A stretch of 64,000 nucleotides of DNA from an uncultured Alphaproteobacteria bacterium. GTDB taxonomy: Bacteria; Pseudomonadota; Alphaproteobacteria; HIMB59; GCA-002718135. Made by a program: the position numbers and the translations under genes. Below are positions 19,409-30,784 of the stretch, one piece after another. The notes beneath the pieces were generated by a model. The model saw only the letters and a program-made list of their open reading frames with translations, searched no databases and was not told where the DNA came from. Numbering within the stretch: the first letter of the stretch is position 1; each line of letters starts with the position of its first letter. Location: NCBI GenBank assembly GCA_902586695.1, contig CACIIL010000002.1:4633-68632 (forward strand), read 5' to 3'.

Positions 19409-20186
19409 ATAAGCTTAATAAGATAATTCCTAACAAAATTCTATAAATAATAAATATATTAAAATTGCTTACTTTTATTATTTTCATCATAAAATTTATA
19501 GACAATAAGGCTGTTATGAAAGCAGTTATAGCTGCAAAAATTGATGGTTGAATATTGAAATCTTGAACATTTGAGTTGTAAAATTTTAAAAGTGATAATG
19601 ATAATGAAGCAAAAATAATAGGTATAGATAATAGCATAGAAAACTTTGTTGAATTAATTCGATCAAATTTAAGAAATCTTAATCCAGTTATTGTAACACC
19701 TGCTCTACTTGCACCCGGAATAAAAGCTAAAGTTTGCCAAAGACCTATAATAAATGAATCAATAAATGATATATTTTGCCATTTTTTATTCTGAGACTCT
19801 CTTTTATCTGCAAAAAATAAAATGATAGCAAATAAAATACTGGAAATACCAATTAATTTTATGTCTCTAAAATAGAGACTTACAATGTCATAAATAAAAA
19901 AACCTAGTATTAATGCTGGAATAGTAGCAACAATAACTTTTAGGGCAATTTTATTTTCCAAAATCTCAAATTTTAGAATATTACATATTAAATAAAACAC
20001 TTCTTTTCTTAAATAAAAAATTACTGCAAAAAGAGTTCCAAAATGTACAGCAATATCAGTAAATAAACCCTGATCTTCCCAATGGGTTAATTTTGCAAAT
20101 AAAACCAAATGCCCTGAGGAACTAATAGGCAAAAATTCCGTTATTCCCTGCAAAATTCCTATTAAGAAATACTGTAATTCAAACAT
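19401..20186 (-). CDS. uppP: Undecaprenyl-diphosphate phosphatase
   Basis: GILQGITEFLPISSSGH, HFGT, PGASRAGVTI. Confidence 0.95.
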   Translation of the reverse strand: MFELQYFLIGILQGITEFLPISSSGHLVLFAKLTHWEDQGLFTDIAVHFGTLFAVIFYLRKEVFYLICNILKFEILENKIALKVIVATIPALILGFFIYDIVSLYFRDIKLIGISSILFAIILFFADKRESQNKKWQNISFIDSFIIGLWQTLAFIPGASRAGVTITGLRFLKFDRINSTKFSMLLSIPIIFASLSLSLLKFYNSNVQDFNIQPSIFAAITAFITALLSINFMMKIIKVSNFNIFIIYRILLGIILLSLYA

Positions 20187-21700
20187 TAACTAAAAATAGT
20201 TTTTGCTAATTCTGAGCCAGTGGGAAGAGGTTCAGCATTTTTATTAGAAAAATATTTTTCTAAAAACTGCAAATATTTATTATAATCCTTAAGAATTAAT
20301 AATTTTTTATCTTTATCCTCATCATCATTCTCTTCTAACTTACTAAATTCAGTATCAACATAATTCATTGCTTCCGGTATCGTTGTAAATGGACGTTCTT
20401 GATTAATAACTAATCTGTCATGAAGTTCTCTATGAATGGTTTTGAAATCTTCATTAGAGAGTGTTTTGGGACTCTCATCAAAAATTAGACGTTTTAACAT
20501 AAAGCTTGCACGTGGATCTTTTATTCCAAGAGCAATTTTATATTTGTCACTCCAATTAGCTTTTTCATGAAATTGAGCAATTTCTGAAGTTTGACCGAAT
20601 TGAGTAAATAGATTTGCTTTACTCTCGGGAAATAAGTTGTCTTGAGAGGATTCTTCTTCTTTTTCTATTTGTCTGTCTATTTCCATTAATTTAAATTTGT
20701 CAGCAAGAGCTTTATTTTTATAAACCATCTTAGCTCTTTCATTTAATACTTCTGATCCAATTTCATTATATGGCTCATAATTAATAGCAATTTTACCAGG
20801 TAATAGAATAGGATGCTGGTTACATATAACGTATCTATTCTTTTTTTTAATTAACTTTTTAAACTCTTCTGAGTTACACTCAATTAACGGTTCTGGATCA
20901 TGTGATAAATCAATTGTATGAAACCATCCACTATATTGTGATTCACATACCATTGATAATGCTTGTAATTTTACTCTTCCAGCAAAACTGGTCATATAGC
21001 AAAAACCCTTATTGGAACTGACATAATCAATCGCCTTTTCTTTACTCATTGTCATTTTTAATTGTTCCCAATTTTCCTTACTGCTTTCTTGAATATATTT
21101 AGTAAGAGCAATTGATGTTTTCACATCACTAAAAGCATCATGGGCAAATTCAATTGGTAAATTATTTAATTCAGCTAATTTTTCCAATTTGAAACTAGGA
21201 TTGCCTCGTGCTGTTAAAGGAGTTTTAATACCACTTGGATTTATAGCATATAATGCTCTTGCTAGGCTTAATGTATCTCCTCTATTCTTTCTCGTGATGT
21301 AAGGAAAAAATAAATTATTAAATAAATTATACTCTAAAACTGACTCATCAAATTCTATTATATTATGGCCTATAAATACTGTATCAGGTTCATCTTTTTT
21401 CCATTCATCAAAAGTCGAATTAATTTTTTTAATTAATTCATAAGATGACATTTTGGCATTTAAAGCTTCTTTAATTCCTTTTTGTGTTGTTAATAATGCT
21501 CCAGGCTGAGAGATGATTGATGTTCTGGGACGGCAAAATTCATTAATATTTTGATTAGTTGGTTGAAAATTCTCATCGGTGACTATTGCTGCTATTTGAA
21601 GTATTTGTTCCCATTTTGGTGTTGTTCCAAAAGCATTAGGGCTTTCTTTTTTACCCCTTCCTGTCGTTTCTAAATCATAAAATATATATTTATTTGCCAT
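20186..21700 (-). CDS. sbcB: Exodeoxyribonuclease I (SbcB-like, DEDDh)
   Basis: FYDLETTG, QIAAI.TD, GHN.IEFD, SFKLE.LA..N, AHDA.SDV, NQHP; AAGGA RBS. Confidence 0.8.
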   Translation of the reverse strand: MANKYIFYDLETTGRGKKESPNAFGTTPKWEQILQIAAIVTDENFQPTNQNINEFCRPRTSIISQPGALLTTQKGIKEALNAKMSSYELIKKINSTFDEWKKDEPDTVFIGHNIIEFDESVLEYNLFNNLFFPYITRKNRGDTLSLARALYAINPSGIKTPLTARGNPSFKLEKLAELNNLPIEFAHDAFSDVKTSIALTKYIQESSKENWEQLKMTMSKEKAIDYVSSNKGFCYMTSFAGRVKLQALSMVCESQYSGWFHTIDLSHDPEPLIECNSEEFKKLIKKKNRYVICNQHPILLPGKIAINYEPYNEIGSEVLNERAKMVYKNKALADKFKLMEIDRQIEKEEESSQDNLFPESKANLFTQFGQTSEIAQFHEKANWSDKYKIALGIKDPRASFMLKRLIFDESPKTLSNEDFKTIHRELHDRLVINQERPFTTIPEAMNYVDTEFSKLEENDDEDKDKKLLILKDYNKYLQFLEKYFSNKNAEPLPTGSELAKTIFS

Positions 21701-21828
21701 ATATAATTCCTTTCTACTTTATTGTTTTGAATTTGAAATATTAAAGATTCTTTATTTTTGGTATTTTTTGGCAAGAAACAATCATATTTATCAAAAATAA
21801 ATTTCAATAAATTATAGATGTTATAATT

Positions 21829-22614
21829 GTGTATATGAACGAAATTACTGGTGTTAAAGGCTTATTAATAGATTTAGAAGGAGTTCTTTATAGTGATAAT
21901 AACTTAACTCCTGGATCTATTGAGGTAATTAAAGAATTAAAAAAAAATAGTTTAAAATTAAGATTTTTAACAAATACTACAACTGCACCCAGAAAAATAA
22001 TATTCAATAAACTTTACGATTTTGGTTTTGATATTGAAGAAAAAGAAATATTTACCCCTATAATTGCTACTAAAAATTATTTGAGAGAAAATAGAGTTAA
22101 AAGAATTGCTTTAATTACGAATATTGAAATTATTGAAGAATTTAATGACTATGAAATTACACAAAAAAACCCTGAAGCTGTCATTATGGGAGACATATAT
22201 AAAAATTTTAAATGGGACATATTAGATAGAATATTTAAATTAGTATACCTACAAAATGCCGCTTTGATTGCTTTACACCAAAATAAATATTCTATGCGAG
22301 ATGGTGAAGTTTCTCTTGACCTTGGTCCTTTTGTTAAAGCTATAGAGTATTCAAGTGGAAAAAAATCAATTTTAATGGGTAAGCCTGAAAAAAATTTTTT
22401 TGACTTAGCTGTAAAAGATTTAAATATCAATAATGAAAATATTTTAATGATTGGGGACGATATTTCATCTGATATTGAAGGATCAATAAATGCTAACTTA
22501 AAAGCAATTCAAGTTAAAACAGGCAAGTTTCAAGAAAAAGATTTAAAATATCCTACTCAACCGAATTACCGTTTAAATTCAATAACTGAATTACCAAAAT
22601 TACTTGGATTTTAA
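21829..22614 (+). CDS. HAD-IIA hydrolase (LHPP/HDHD2-like)
   Basis: DLEGVL, LTNTT, GKP, MIGDD..SDI, VKTGKF. Confidence 0.88.
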   Translation: MYMNEITGVKGLLIDLEGVLYSDNNLTPGSIEVIKELKKNSLKLRFLTNTTTAPRKIIFNKLYDFGFDIEEKEIFTPIIATKNYLRENRVKRIALITNIEIIEEFNDYEITQKNPEAVIMGDIYKNFKWDILDRIFKLVYLQNAALIALHQNKYSMRDGEVSLDLGPFVKAIEYSSGKKSILMGKPEKNFFDLAVKDLNINNENILMIGDDISSDIEGSINANLKAIQVKTGKFQEKDLKYPTQPNYRLNSITELPKLLGF

Positions 22615-22791
22615 TTAATCTCTTTTAACCCAATAAAAATGATAAAAAGCTGCTGCACCTATAGCTACAAACAGAGAAACAAAGGCAACATAGATTATTG
22701 TTGAAATTGCCCAGAAAACAATAACTAGGAAAAGTCCTATACCTGTTATTGCTGCCCAAAAATAAAGTAATCTTTCTAAAAACTGTTGCAT
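22615..22791 (-). CDS. Small two-helix membrane protein, 58 aa (not in the ORF track)
   Basis: Hand translation MQQFLERLLYFWAAITGIGLFLVIVFWAISTIIYVAFVSLFVAIGAAAFYHFYWVKRD; AAGG upstream; fills the gap after the ribokinase. Confidence 0.65.
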   Translation of the reverse strand: MQQFLERLLYFWAAITGIGLFLVIVFWAISTIIYVAFVSLFVAIGAAAFYHFYWVKRD

Positions 22792-22809
22792 AGAAGCCTT
22801 CTATATTAT

Positions 22810-23728
22810 TTATAAGATTTTATCAATTTCATCACGATTTGGCATTGAATTGGCTGTACCTATTTTAGTCGTAGATAATCCTGCCGTAGCACTAGCAAAT
22901 GAAATAGCATCTTTAATACTTTTGTTTTCTGTTAATGCTACAGCGAATCCCGCATTAAAAGCATCTCCAGCACCAGTTGTATCAACAACTGGATTTGATA
23001 AGTTTGCTATGGGTGATGAAAATGTTTCATTTGCATTAGCAAAATAAGCTCCTTTTTCACCTAAAGTTATAATAACATTCTTAATTCCCATATCTAATAA
23101 TTTTGATGCTGCCCTACTTGCATCATCATTTGAATTCACAGCATGACCAACATAAAAACTAGCTTCAGTTTCATTTGGTGTGAAATAATCAATAAAAGGA
23201 AATACACTTTTATCAATTTCTGCAGCTGGTGCAGGGTTCAGAACTGTTTTTACTCCTAAACTATGTGCTTTTTTTAATAGCATATAAAACTGTTTCTTTT
23301 GGTGCTTCTAATTGAGTAAGAAATATTTTAGAATCTTTAATTATATTTTCTGCTTTATCAATATCGGCATTGGTGATTGCAGCTGCCGCACCAGGAAATA
23401 CATTTATAGCATTTGCACCTGATTCTTCATTAACCATAATTGCAGCTGCTCCAGTTGAATGTTCCCTGGAAATGATGACATTTGAGTAATCTACTTTAGC
23501 TTCATCATAAATCTTTGTTGCCATTTCCCCAAATTGATCGTCACCAATTTTAGAAATAAAATATGTTTTAACACCTGCTTTAGCTGCTGCTACTGCCTGA
23601 TTAGATCCTTTGCCTCCAGGACCTATTACAAAATTATTCCCTAATATTGTTTCTCCTTCAATTGGTATTTTTTTTCCAAAGAAAACTAAATCTGCAACAT
23701 ATATTCCAAGAATGCTAATTGAGGACAT
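22810..23728 (-). pseudogene. rbsK: Ribokinase (PfkB family), split by a +1 homopolymer frameshift (likely sequencing error)
   Basis: N-half has GGKGSNQA and IGDD.FG; C-half has LNPAPA, PNETEA, TLG.KG, DTTGAGDAF. Removing one T from the T7 run at 23269-23275 joins the frames. Confidence 0.88.
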
Positions 23729-23740
23729 TTTATTAATTAT

Positions 23741-24193
23741 TTATATAATCCAAACTTTTCCATCTGATTTAATTACACCTTTCGTAAATATAAAACAACC
23801 AAATGGCCTTGTTTCACTTGTACTAACGACACAAAAAGCTTTTTTTGTTTCTTCGTAAAATTTTTGTCTCTCTATTGATCCAACTTTCCAATTTATTCCT
23901 GAAACTTCTTTAACTATATTAATTAAATCTTGATGAACTTCATTAATTTCGTCTGGTTTTTCATCTATTTCCATTCTCAAAACTGGATGAGGTATAAAGC
24001 TATCTAATGGAAAAACTGATAAAATTGCTTTTGCAGCTCTAGGAATATCAATGCCATCTAAACGTACTACTTTAGAATTATTAGAATGAGCAGGAAAATT
24101 TGCATCGCATAGAACAAGATTATCCCCATGCCCCATTGATTGCATTAGTGATAAAAGTTCAGGACTAAGTAAAGGATCAATATTTATTAACAT
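23741..24193 (-). CDS. RbsD/FucU family sugar pyranase/mutarotase
   Basis: ML.NIDP.LSPELL..M..MGHGD.LVL.DANFP, PLD, ER..FYE, E.RPFGC.I..KGV; true start 24193. Confidence 0.92.
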   Translation of the reverse strand: MLINIDPLLSPELLSLMQSMGHGDNLVLCDANFPAHSNNSKVVRLDGIDIPRAAKAILSVFPLDSFIPHPVLRMEIDEKPDEINEVHQDLINIVKEVSGINWKVGSIERQKFYEETKKAFCVVSTSETRPFGCFIFTKGVIKSDGKVWII

Positions 24194-24346
24194 TTTGATA
24201 ATTATTATTATAAAGATTAAGTTTAAGTATATATTTGTATTTTGATTTTGTAAATTTAGAACTTTTCCACAGAAGTAGACATAACATAAAGATAAGGTAG
24301 CACTTTTTAGTAGCCATTTAGTATAAAAAAATACAAAATAATCATA

Positions 24347-25327
24347 ATGAAAAAACAGCAATTTGGCGCAGGTATTTGGCACTTTGCAACATACGTAGAT
24401 AGATATGCCACAGATGGATATGGTGAACCACGAAGTGTATTAGATGCGATAGAGCTTGCAGGTAAAGTAAAAGATTTATCAGTAGTTGATATAAACTATC
24501 CCTATTTTGGGGGCAATTTTACAAATGAAGAAATAAAGATTGCACTCGATAAAGTTAATTTAAATGTCATTGGGATAACTCCAGAAATTTACACTAAAGA
24601 ATTTAGAAAAGGAGCATTTACAAATCCAGATTCTGGAGTTCGTAAACGTGCTCATGAATTAATAACAGAAGCATGTGAAGCTGTAAGATTTTTTAATGCA
24701 GCTTATGTAAAATTGTGGCCAGGACAAGATGGATGGGATTATCCATTTCAGGTTGATTATAGTACAGTTTGGAAAAATTCTATGGATGGAGTTGGGAGAC
24801 TAGCAAGTGAAAATCCCGATCTTAAATTTGTTATTGAATATAAGCCTAGGGAACCAAGAATAAAAATGAGTTATGATTCTGTAGCCAGAACTTTGCTGGG
24901 TATAGAAAAAATTGGTCTTCCAAACATTGGTATACTTCTTGATTTTGGGCATGCAATTTATGGTGGTGAATGTGCTGCAGATTCTGCACAACTGGCAATT
25001 GATTATGGTCGTTTGTTTGGAATGGACGTAAATGATAATTATCGTTCTTGGGATGATGATCTAATTGCAGGTAGTTTGCATCCTATGGAAATATTTGAAT
25101 TTTTTTATGTTTTGAAAAAAAATAACTGGGAAGGGGTATGGCAGCTTGATCAATTTCCTTTTAGAGAAGATAGTGTAGAAATGGCCAATCAATCAATAGA
25201 TTTTTTAAAATCTATTGAAAAGGCTTTGAATGAATTAGATATTAAGGCACTTCAAGAAGCTCAATCAGATCATGATGCTTTGGCTGCAATGAAAATTGCC
25301 CAAAAAGCACTCTATAAATTTTTGTAA
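24347..25327 (+). CDS. apsI: D-apiose isomerase (xylose isomerase-like TIM barrel)
   Basis: [81 protein letters not shown]. These match my recollection of Pectobacterium ApsI; context with an FGGY kinase and a split transketolase. Confidence 0.85.
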   Translation: MKKQQFGAGIWHFATYVDRYATDGYGEPRSVLDAIELAGKVKDLSVVDINYPYFGGNFTNEEIKIALDKVNLNVIGITPEIYTKEFRKGAFTNPDSGVRKRAHELITEACEAVRFFNAAYVKLWPGQDGWDYPFQVDYSTVWKNSMDGVGRLASENPDLKFVIEYKPREPRIKMSYDSVARTLLGIEKIGLPNIGILLDFGHAIYGGECAADSAQLAIDYGRLFGMDVNDNYRSWDDDLIAGSLHPMEIFEFFYVLKKNNWEGVWQLDQFPFREDSVEMANQSIDFLKSIEKALNELDIKALQEAQSDHDALAAMKIAQKALYKFL

Positions 25328-25330
25328 AAA

Positions 25331-26805
25331 TTAATTTTTTAGATAGTGCTTAAATAAAACATTTTTCCATTCATTATAAATAGTAATATCGTTATTTTTT
25401 TTAACAGGAATAAAAGTAATATATTTTTGTTTAAATTTTTTTATATCTTTTAAACTTGAAGAAATATTCATACCTAATAAACCCATAATTAAAGCACCAT
25501 ATGAAGACATATCTTGAAAATTTGTTATATAAATTTTTCTATTTAAGATATTTGTAAGAAATTGAATAAAATCAATATTATTAATCATTCCTCCATCAAT
25601 AAAAATATCATTGTATTTTATTTTCTTATTTTTTTCCAAATCATCTAGATAATCCTTTATCTGAAAAGCAATTGATTCAAGAGATGCTCTTATTATATGT
25701 TTTTTATTTACAGATGGTGATAAGCCATAAATCATTCCCTTACATTCAGGAATCCAATGTGGGGAACTTAATCCAACAAATGCTGGAATAACAAATACAC
25801 CATTTGAAGTTGATACTTCTTTGAAAATTTTATTTGTTTCATTTGGGCTATTAATTATTTTTAAGTTATCTTTTAACCAACTAACTGTTGCTCCTGCATA
25901 ATTGATAAGACATTCATATGAGTAATATGGCTTGTTTTTTAAAAACAAAAGATAAGGTTGTTAATATGTTTTTTTTATGAATAAATTTATTACCAATATT
26001 AGTTAATATTGATGAGCCTGTTCCAATTGTAATTTTTGAATTTCCTATATTAAAGCATTGATTTGCAAAAATAGATGCCTGAGAGTCTCCTATGACCCCT
26101 GATATGGGTATAGGTTTTTTTAAAATACCGTTAATATTAGTATGCCCAAAAATTGATGAACTCTCTTTTACTTGAGGTAATTTGTTTAAGTTTAAGTTAA
26201 AAACTTTTAGCAATTGCTGACTCCATTGAAGTGTATTATTGTTGAAGAATAGAGTTCTTGAAGCATTAGTAAAATCAGTAAAGTAAGACTGTTGGTTAGT
26301 TAACCTATAAATTAAATAGGTATCTATTGTTCCAAATAATGCTGTCCCATTTTTAAGTTTATCTCTAATACTTCGATTAACTTTTAATAATTGTAATAAT
26401 TTAGAAGCAGGAAAATAAGTGTCTAATGTTAATCCTGTTGTACTTTTAATTAAATTAACTGCTTTTTTTGATTTATTAATTTTATCACATATTATTTGTC
26501 CTCTTCTGCACTGCCATACTATTGCATTGTTCAAAGGTTTACCTGATTTTGCATCAAAAATTACAAATGTTTCTCTTTGATTTGTGATGCTTAAAAAAAT
26601 ATTTTGACTATATTTAATTTTTTTTTTCAATTTTTTTTACTAAATGTAAAAAATTATTATAAATCTCATTTGCATCATGCTCAACAATACCTGATTTTTT
26701 TTGGATTTGCTTATGTGATTTTGATACTTTTTCTATTAATTTTAACTTGTTGTTATATAAAAAAACAGTAGTTGAGGATGTGCTCTGATCCAAGGATATA
26801 TACAT
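25331..26805 (-). pseudogene. aplK: FGGY kinase, probable apulose kinase; two +1 homopolymer frameshifts
   Basis: SLDQSTSST, VEHD, ITNQRET, AIVWQCRR, FGTID, TD.TNASRT, GDSQA, GTGSS, PAF.GL..P.W, DGG. Frames join on removing one T at 26618-26627 (T10) and one at 25935-25940 (T6). Confidence 0.75.
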
Positions 26806-26807
26806 AA

Positions 26808-27741
26808 TTAATTCATTAAATCCTTTGCTATTTTTGCCAACTTTTCTGGCGACATATTATAATGATCTAAAACATCTGATTGAGAACCATTAATCATATA
26901 TTCATCAGGAAATCCTATTATTTTAAATGGAATTTGAATATTGTTCTGAGAAATTAAACTAGCACATTTTTCTCCAAGTCCTCCACTTTCGCTATGTTCT
27001 TCAACACTAATTATTGCTTTAACTTTTGATAAACTATTTAAAAATAAGTCATTATCAAAAGGCTTAATTGTATGGAGATTTATATGTGAACAAAAAATTT
27101 TTTCTTTTTCTAAAATTTCTGATGCTAATAAAACTCTTTGAGCTGTTTCTCCAGTTGTAACAAATAAAATATCTTTACCGTCTCTAATTTTTGTTCCTTT
27201 TCCTATTTTAAACGAATCATTGTCATTATGAATTTTCTGCATAGGTTTTTTTCCAAAACGAATAAATAGAGGTTTACTATAATTCACCGCCTCTTTAATA
27301 GATTCTCTTGTTTCAAAATTATCAGAAGGAACAACGACGTTAATATTATTAATAGTTCTTAAAACAGCTAGATCATGAATGGAATGATGAGTTGATCCTA
27401 ATTGACCATAACTTACTCCTGCACTTATTCCAACTAAAGTTACGGGATGATTAGAATAAGCAATATCATTTTTTAATTTGCTCTAACGATCTAGCCGTGA
27501 GAAAGCTTGATGGAGAGACTCCAAAAACTTTTTTACCAACTGCTGATAAACCAGCACAAATTCCAACTAAATTTTGTTCAGCAATACCAACTTCAATAAT
27601 TTGGTTAGGCAATTCTTTTCCAAATTGTGTCAACTTCCCTGATCCTCTAGAATCACTTGTAACAACAATAATGTCATTATCTTTTTTTGCTAAATCTAAT
27701 AATGTTTCGGCAAAAACTTCTAAATTGGCTTTTTAATTCAT
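26808..27741 (-). pseudogene. aptB: Transketolase C-terminal subunit, probable apulose-4-phosphate transketolase B; TAA at codon 3 and a +1 frameshift
   Basis: Hand translation: ANLEVFAETL...VTSDSRGSGKL...EVGIAEQNLVG...RSLEQIKND..Y...GISAGVSYGQLGSTHHS.HD...RFGK...EEHS..GGLG. ATG at 27741 overlaps the aptA TGA; extra T in the T6 run at 27469-27474. Confidence 0.78.
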
Positions 27742-28568
27742 TTATAATTCTCTAATTGAGTATTTAATTCTTCTATGGCTTTTTTATATTCTTCATCAGA
27801 AGGAAGCTTATGGTGCCAAACAACTTCATTTTCAATAAAACTAACACCTTTGCCTTTAATAGTGTTGGCTATAATTAAATTAGGTTTTTTTTCATCAAAA
27901 GGAATTTTATTAAATATTGCATCTAACTCACTTACTGAATTACCATTTACTTGTTTAACGGATAATCCAAATGAAAGAAATTTATCCATTAATGGCTCGA
28001 TGGGATTTACTTCTTCAGTTTTTCCAGTAATTTGAAGACCGTTTCTATCGATAATTATAACTAAGTTATCTAATTTATACTTACTAGCTGATAATAAACT
28101 TTCCCAAATTGAACCTTCACTCAATTCACCATCTCCTAAGAGGGTATAAACTTTAAATGGCTTGTTATTTAATTTAAACCCTATTGCCATTCCCACTGCG
28201 ACTGATAAACCATGACCAAGAGCTCCGGTATTATGTTCTACTCCTGGAACCTTTCTTGTAGGATGACCAATAAAGTGAGAATCAAATTTGTTTAGTGTAC
28301 TTAAATCCTCTTTGGTAAAAAAATTTTTATCACATAAAACTGTATATAAAGCCTCTACTGTATGACCTTTGCTTTGAACATATCTATTTCTATCAATAGA
28401 ATCAAAATTCTCAGGATTTATTTTTAAAATATTATTATAAAGTACATTAAGTATATCTATACATGATAAACTCCCCGCAGTATGCCCAGCTCCACTTTTA
28501 TAAATTATATTAAGAATAGTTTTCCTGTATTCTATAGATTTTAATTCTAATTCTTTTTTATTTAACAT
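27738..28568 (-). CDS. aptA: Transketolase N-terminal subunit, probable apulose-4-phosphate transketolase A
   Basis: GHTAGSLS, SKGH, GHP, TGALGHG, GDGEL.EGS.WE...DRN ThDP motif, KGKG, WHH. Confidence 0.8.
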   Translation of the reverse strand: MLNKKELELKSIEYRKTILNIIYKSGAGHTAGSLSCIDILNVLYNNILKINPENFDSIDRNRYVQSKGHTVEALYTVLCDKNFFTKEDLSTLNKFDSHFIGHPTRKVPGVEHNTGALGHGLSVAVGMAIGFKLNNKPFKVYTLLGDGELSEGSIWESLLSASKYKLDNLVIIIDRNGLQITGKTEEVNPIEPLMDKFLSFGLSVKQVNGNSVSELDAIFNKIPFDEKKPNLIIANTIKGKGVSFIENEVVWHHKLPSDEEYKKAIEELNTQLENYK

Positions 28569-28594
28569 TAATATAAGTGTAAGAAATGATAACT

Positions 28595-28627
28595 AAAAAA
28601 GCAAGCGAATATAAATTCGCTTGCTTT
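28595..28627 (-). terminator. Rho-independent terminator after the sugar-binding protein gene
   Basis: Perfect stem AAAGCAAGCGAAT-ataa-ATTCGCTTGCTTT; a T6 tail on the minus strand. Confidence 0.85.
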
Positions 28628-28649
28628 AAAATATTTACTTTTAGTTTAA

Positions 28650-29618
<969 letters not shown>

Positions 29619-29770
29619 CTAACCGATTAGAGTAAAAAAATCGAGTATATTATTAATAAAAATTAAATAAACTTTTGTAGTTTACTTTTAATCATCACTA
29701 AAGTGACAATTTGTTATTTTTTATATAAATTAAACAAGTTATTTCTAAAATATTGAAGTTAATTTATCTT

Positions 29771-30778
29771 TTAGTTATCTTTTTCAATAAACTTAGTTTG
29801 AAGTTGATCTATCATAACTGCCAATACAATTATTGTGCCCATGATGACTCTTTGCCAAAATGAACTAACACCCTCTAAAATCATTCCATTACTGAGAACC
29901 CCTATTACAAAAGCCCCAATTATTGTTCCTCCTACAGAACCTCTGCCTCCCATTAAGGATGTTCCCCCAAGAACTACTGCTGCAATAGCATTTAATTCCC
30001 AAGTAGTTCCAGTAGCTGGATGAGAAGATATAAGTTGTGAAGTTACTATAACACCAACAACTCCTGCACAAAATCCTGATAATCCATAAGTTAAAAGCGT
30101 TACACCATTAACATTAACACCAGATAAATTTGCTGCTTTAGTGTTTCCACCGATTGCATACATATGTCTGCCAAACTTTGTTTTTGTAGTTAAGAATACT
30201 GCTACTATAGCTAATACAAACATAACCCAAATAGTATATGGTAAAGACAAAAATGTTCCTGATCCTATAACTGGAAATCCAGTATTATTTAATTCTTCTT
30301 TTCCAATAAGGTTTGGAAAAGTTGCTCCATCATTAATTAATAATGCAAAACCTCTTGCAACATAAAGCATTCCTAAAGTAGCTATAAATGGAGCTACACT
30401 AAATCTAGTAATTATAACACCATTAATACATCCAAAAATAAAACCTATGGCTACACTAATTATAACTATTACCCAAACTTCAAAATAGATAACCATATTA
30501 AAAAACTCTAAAACAAGTCCTTTATCAATTAAAAGACCTGATATCATTCCACATAATCCAACTATGGAGCCGACAGAAAGATCAATACCTGCAGTTAATA
30601 TTACAAAAGTCATTCCAATTGCTAATATAGCATTAATTGCAACGTGCTTTGTAAGTATAATTAAATTTGTAGAAGATAAGAAAGCGTCAGCTGTAAAAGC
30701 AAAAAATGAAAAAATAAAAATTAAAGCTATGAAAGCTCTTAACTTAAATAATGCTGCTCTTATTGTCATACCTTTCAT
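29771..30778 (-). CDS. Sugar ABC transporter permease (RbsC-like)
   Basis: GMTFVILTAGIDLSVGS, PFIATLG, GR..YAIGGN..AA.LSG, EL.AIAAVVLGGTSL.GGRG. Confidence 0.93.
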   Translation of the reverse strand: MKGMTIRAALFKLRAFIALIFIFSFFAFTADAFLSSTNLIILTKHVAINAILAIGMTFVILTAGIDLSVGSIVGLCGMISGLLIDKGLVLEFFNMVIYFEVWVIVIISVAIGFIFGCINGVIITRFSVAPFIATLGMLYVARGFALLINDGATFPNLIGKEELNNTGFPVIGSGTFLSLPYTIWVMFVLAIVAVFLTTKTKFGRHMYAIGGNTKAANLSGVNVNGVTLLTYGLSGFCAGVVGVIVTSQLISSHPATGTTWELNAIAAVVLGGTSLMGGRGSVGGTIIGAFVIGVLSNGMILEGVSSFWQRVIMGTIIVLAVMIDQLQTKFIEKDN

Positions 30779-30784
30779 AAATTA

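Noticed and set aside
23261-23283. Programmed -1 frameshift at the AAAAAAG in the ribokinase gene
   Set aside because: Restoring the frame needs a +1 shift, not -1; no stimulatory structure is evident, and similar indels occur in other genes.
24194-24382. 63-aa N-terminal extension of the RbsD/FucU ORF
   Set aside because: It is AT-rich intergenic read-through that overlaps apsI; family similarity begins at the Met at 24193.
24347-25327. Calling the isomerase xylose isomerase (xylA) and the FGGY kinase glycerol kinase (glpK)
   Set aside because: The isomerase is too short for XylA and carries ApsI-type motifs; the kinase sits with a split transketolase and a DUF2291 ABC system, which fits AplK better.
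27497-27736. Plus-strand 79-aa ORF apparently filling a gap
   Set aside because: It is the antisense shadow of the disrupted aptB N-terminal half.
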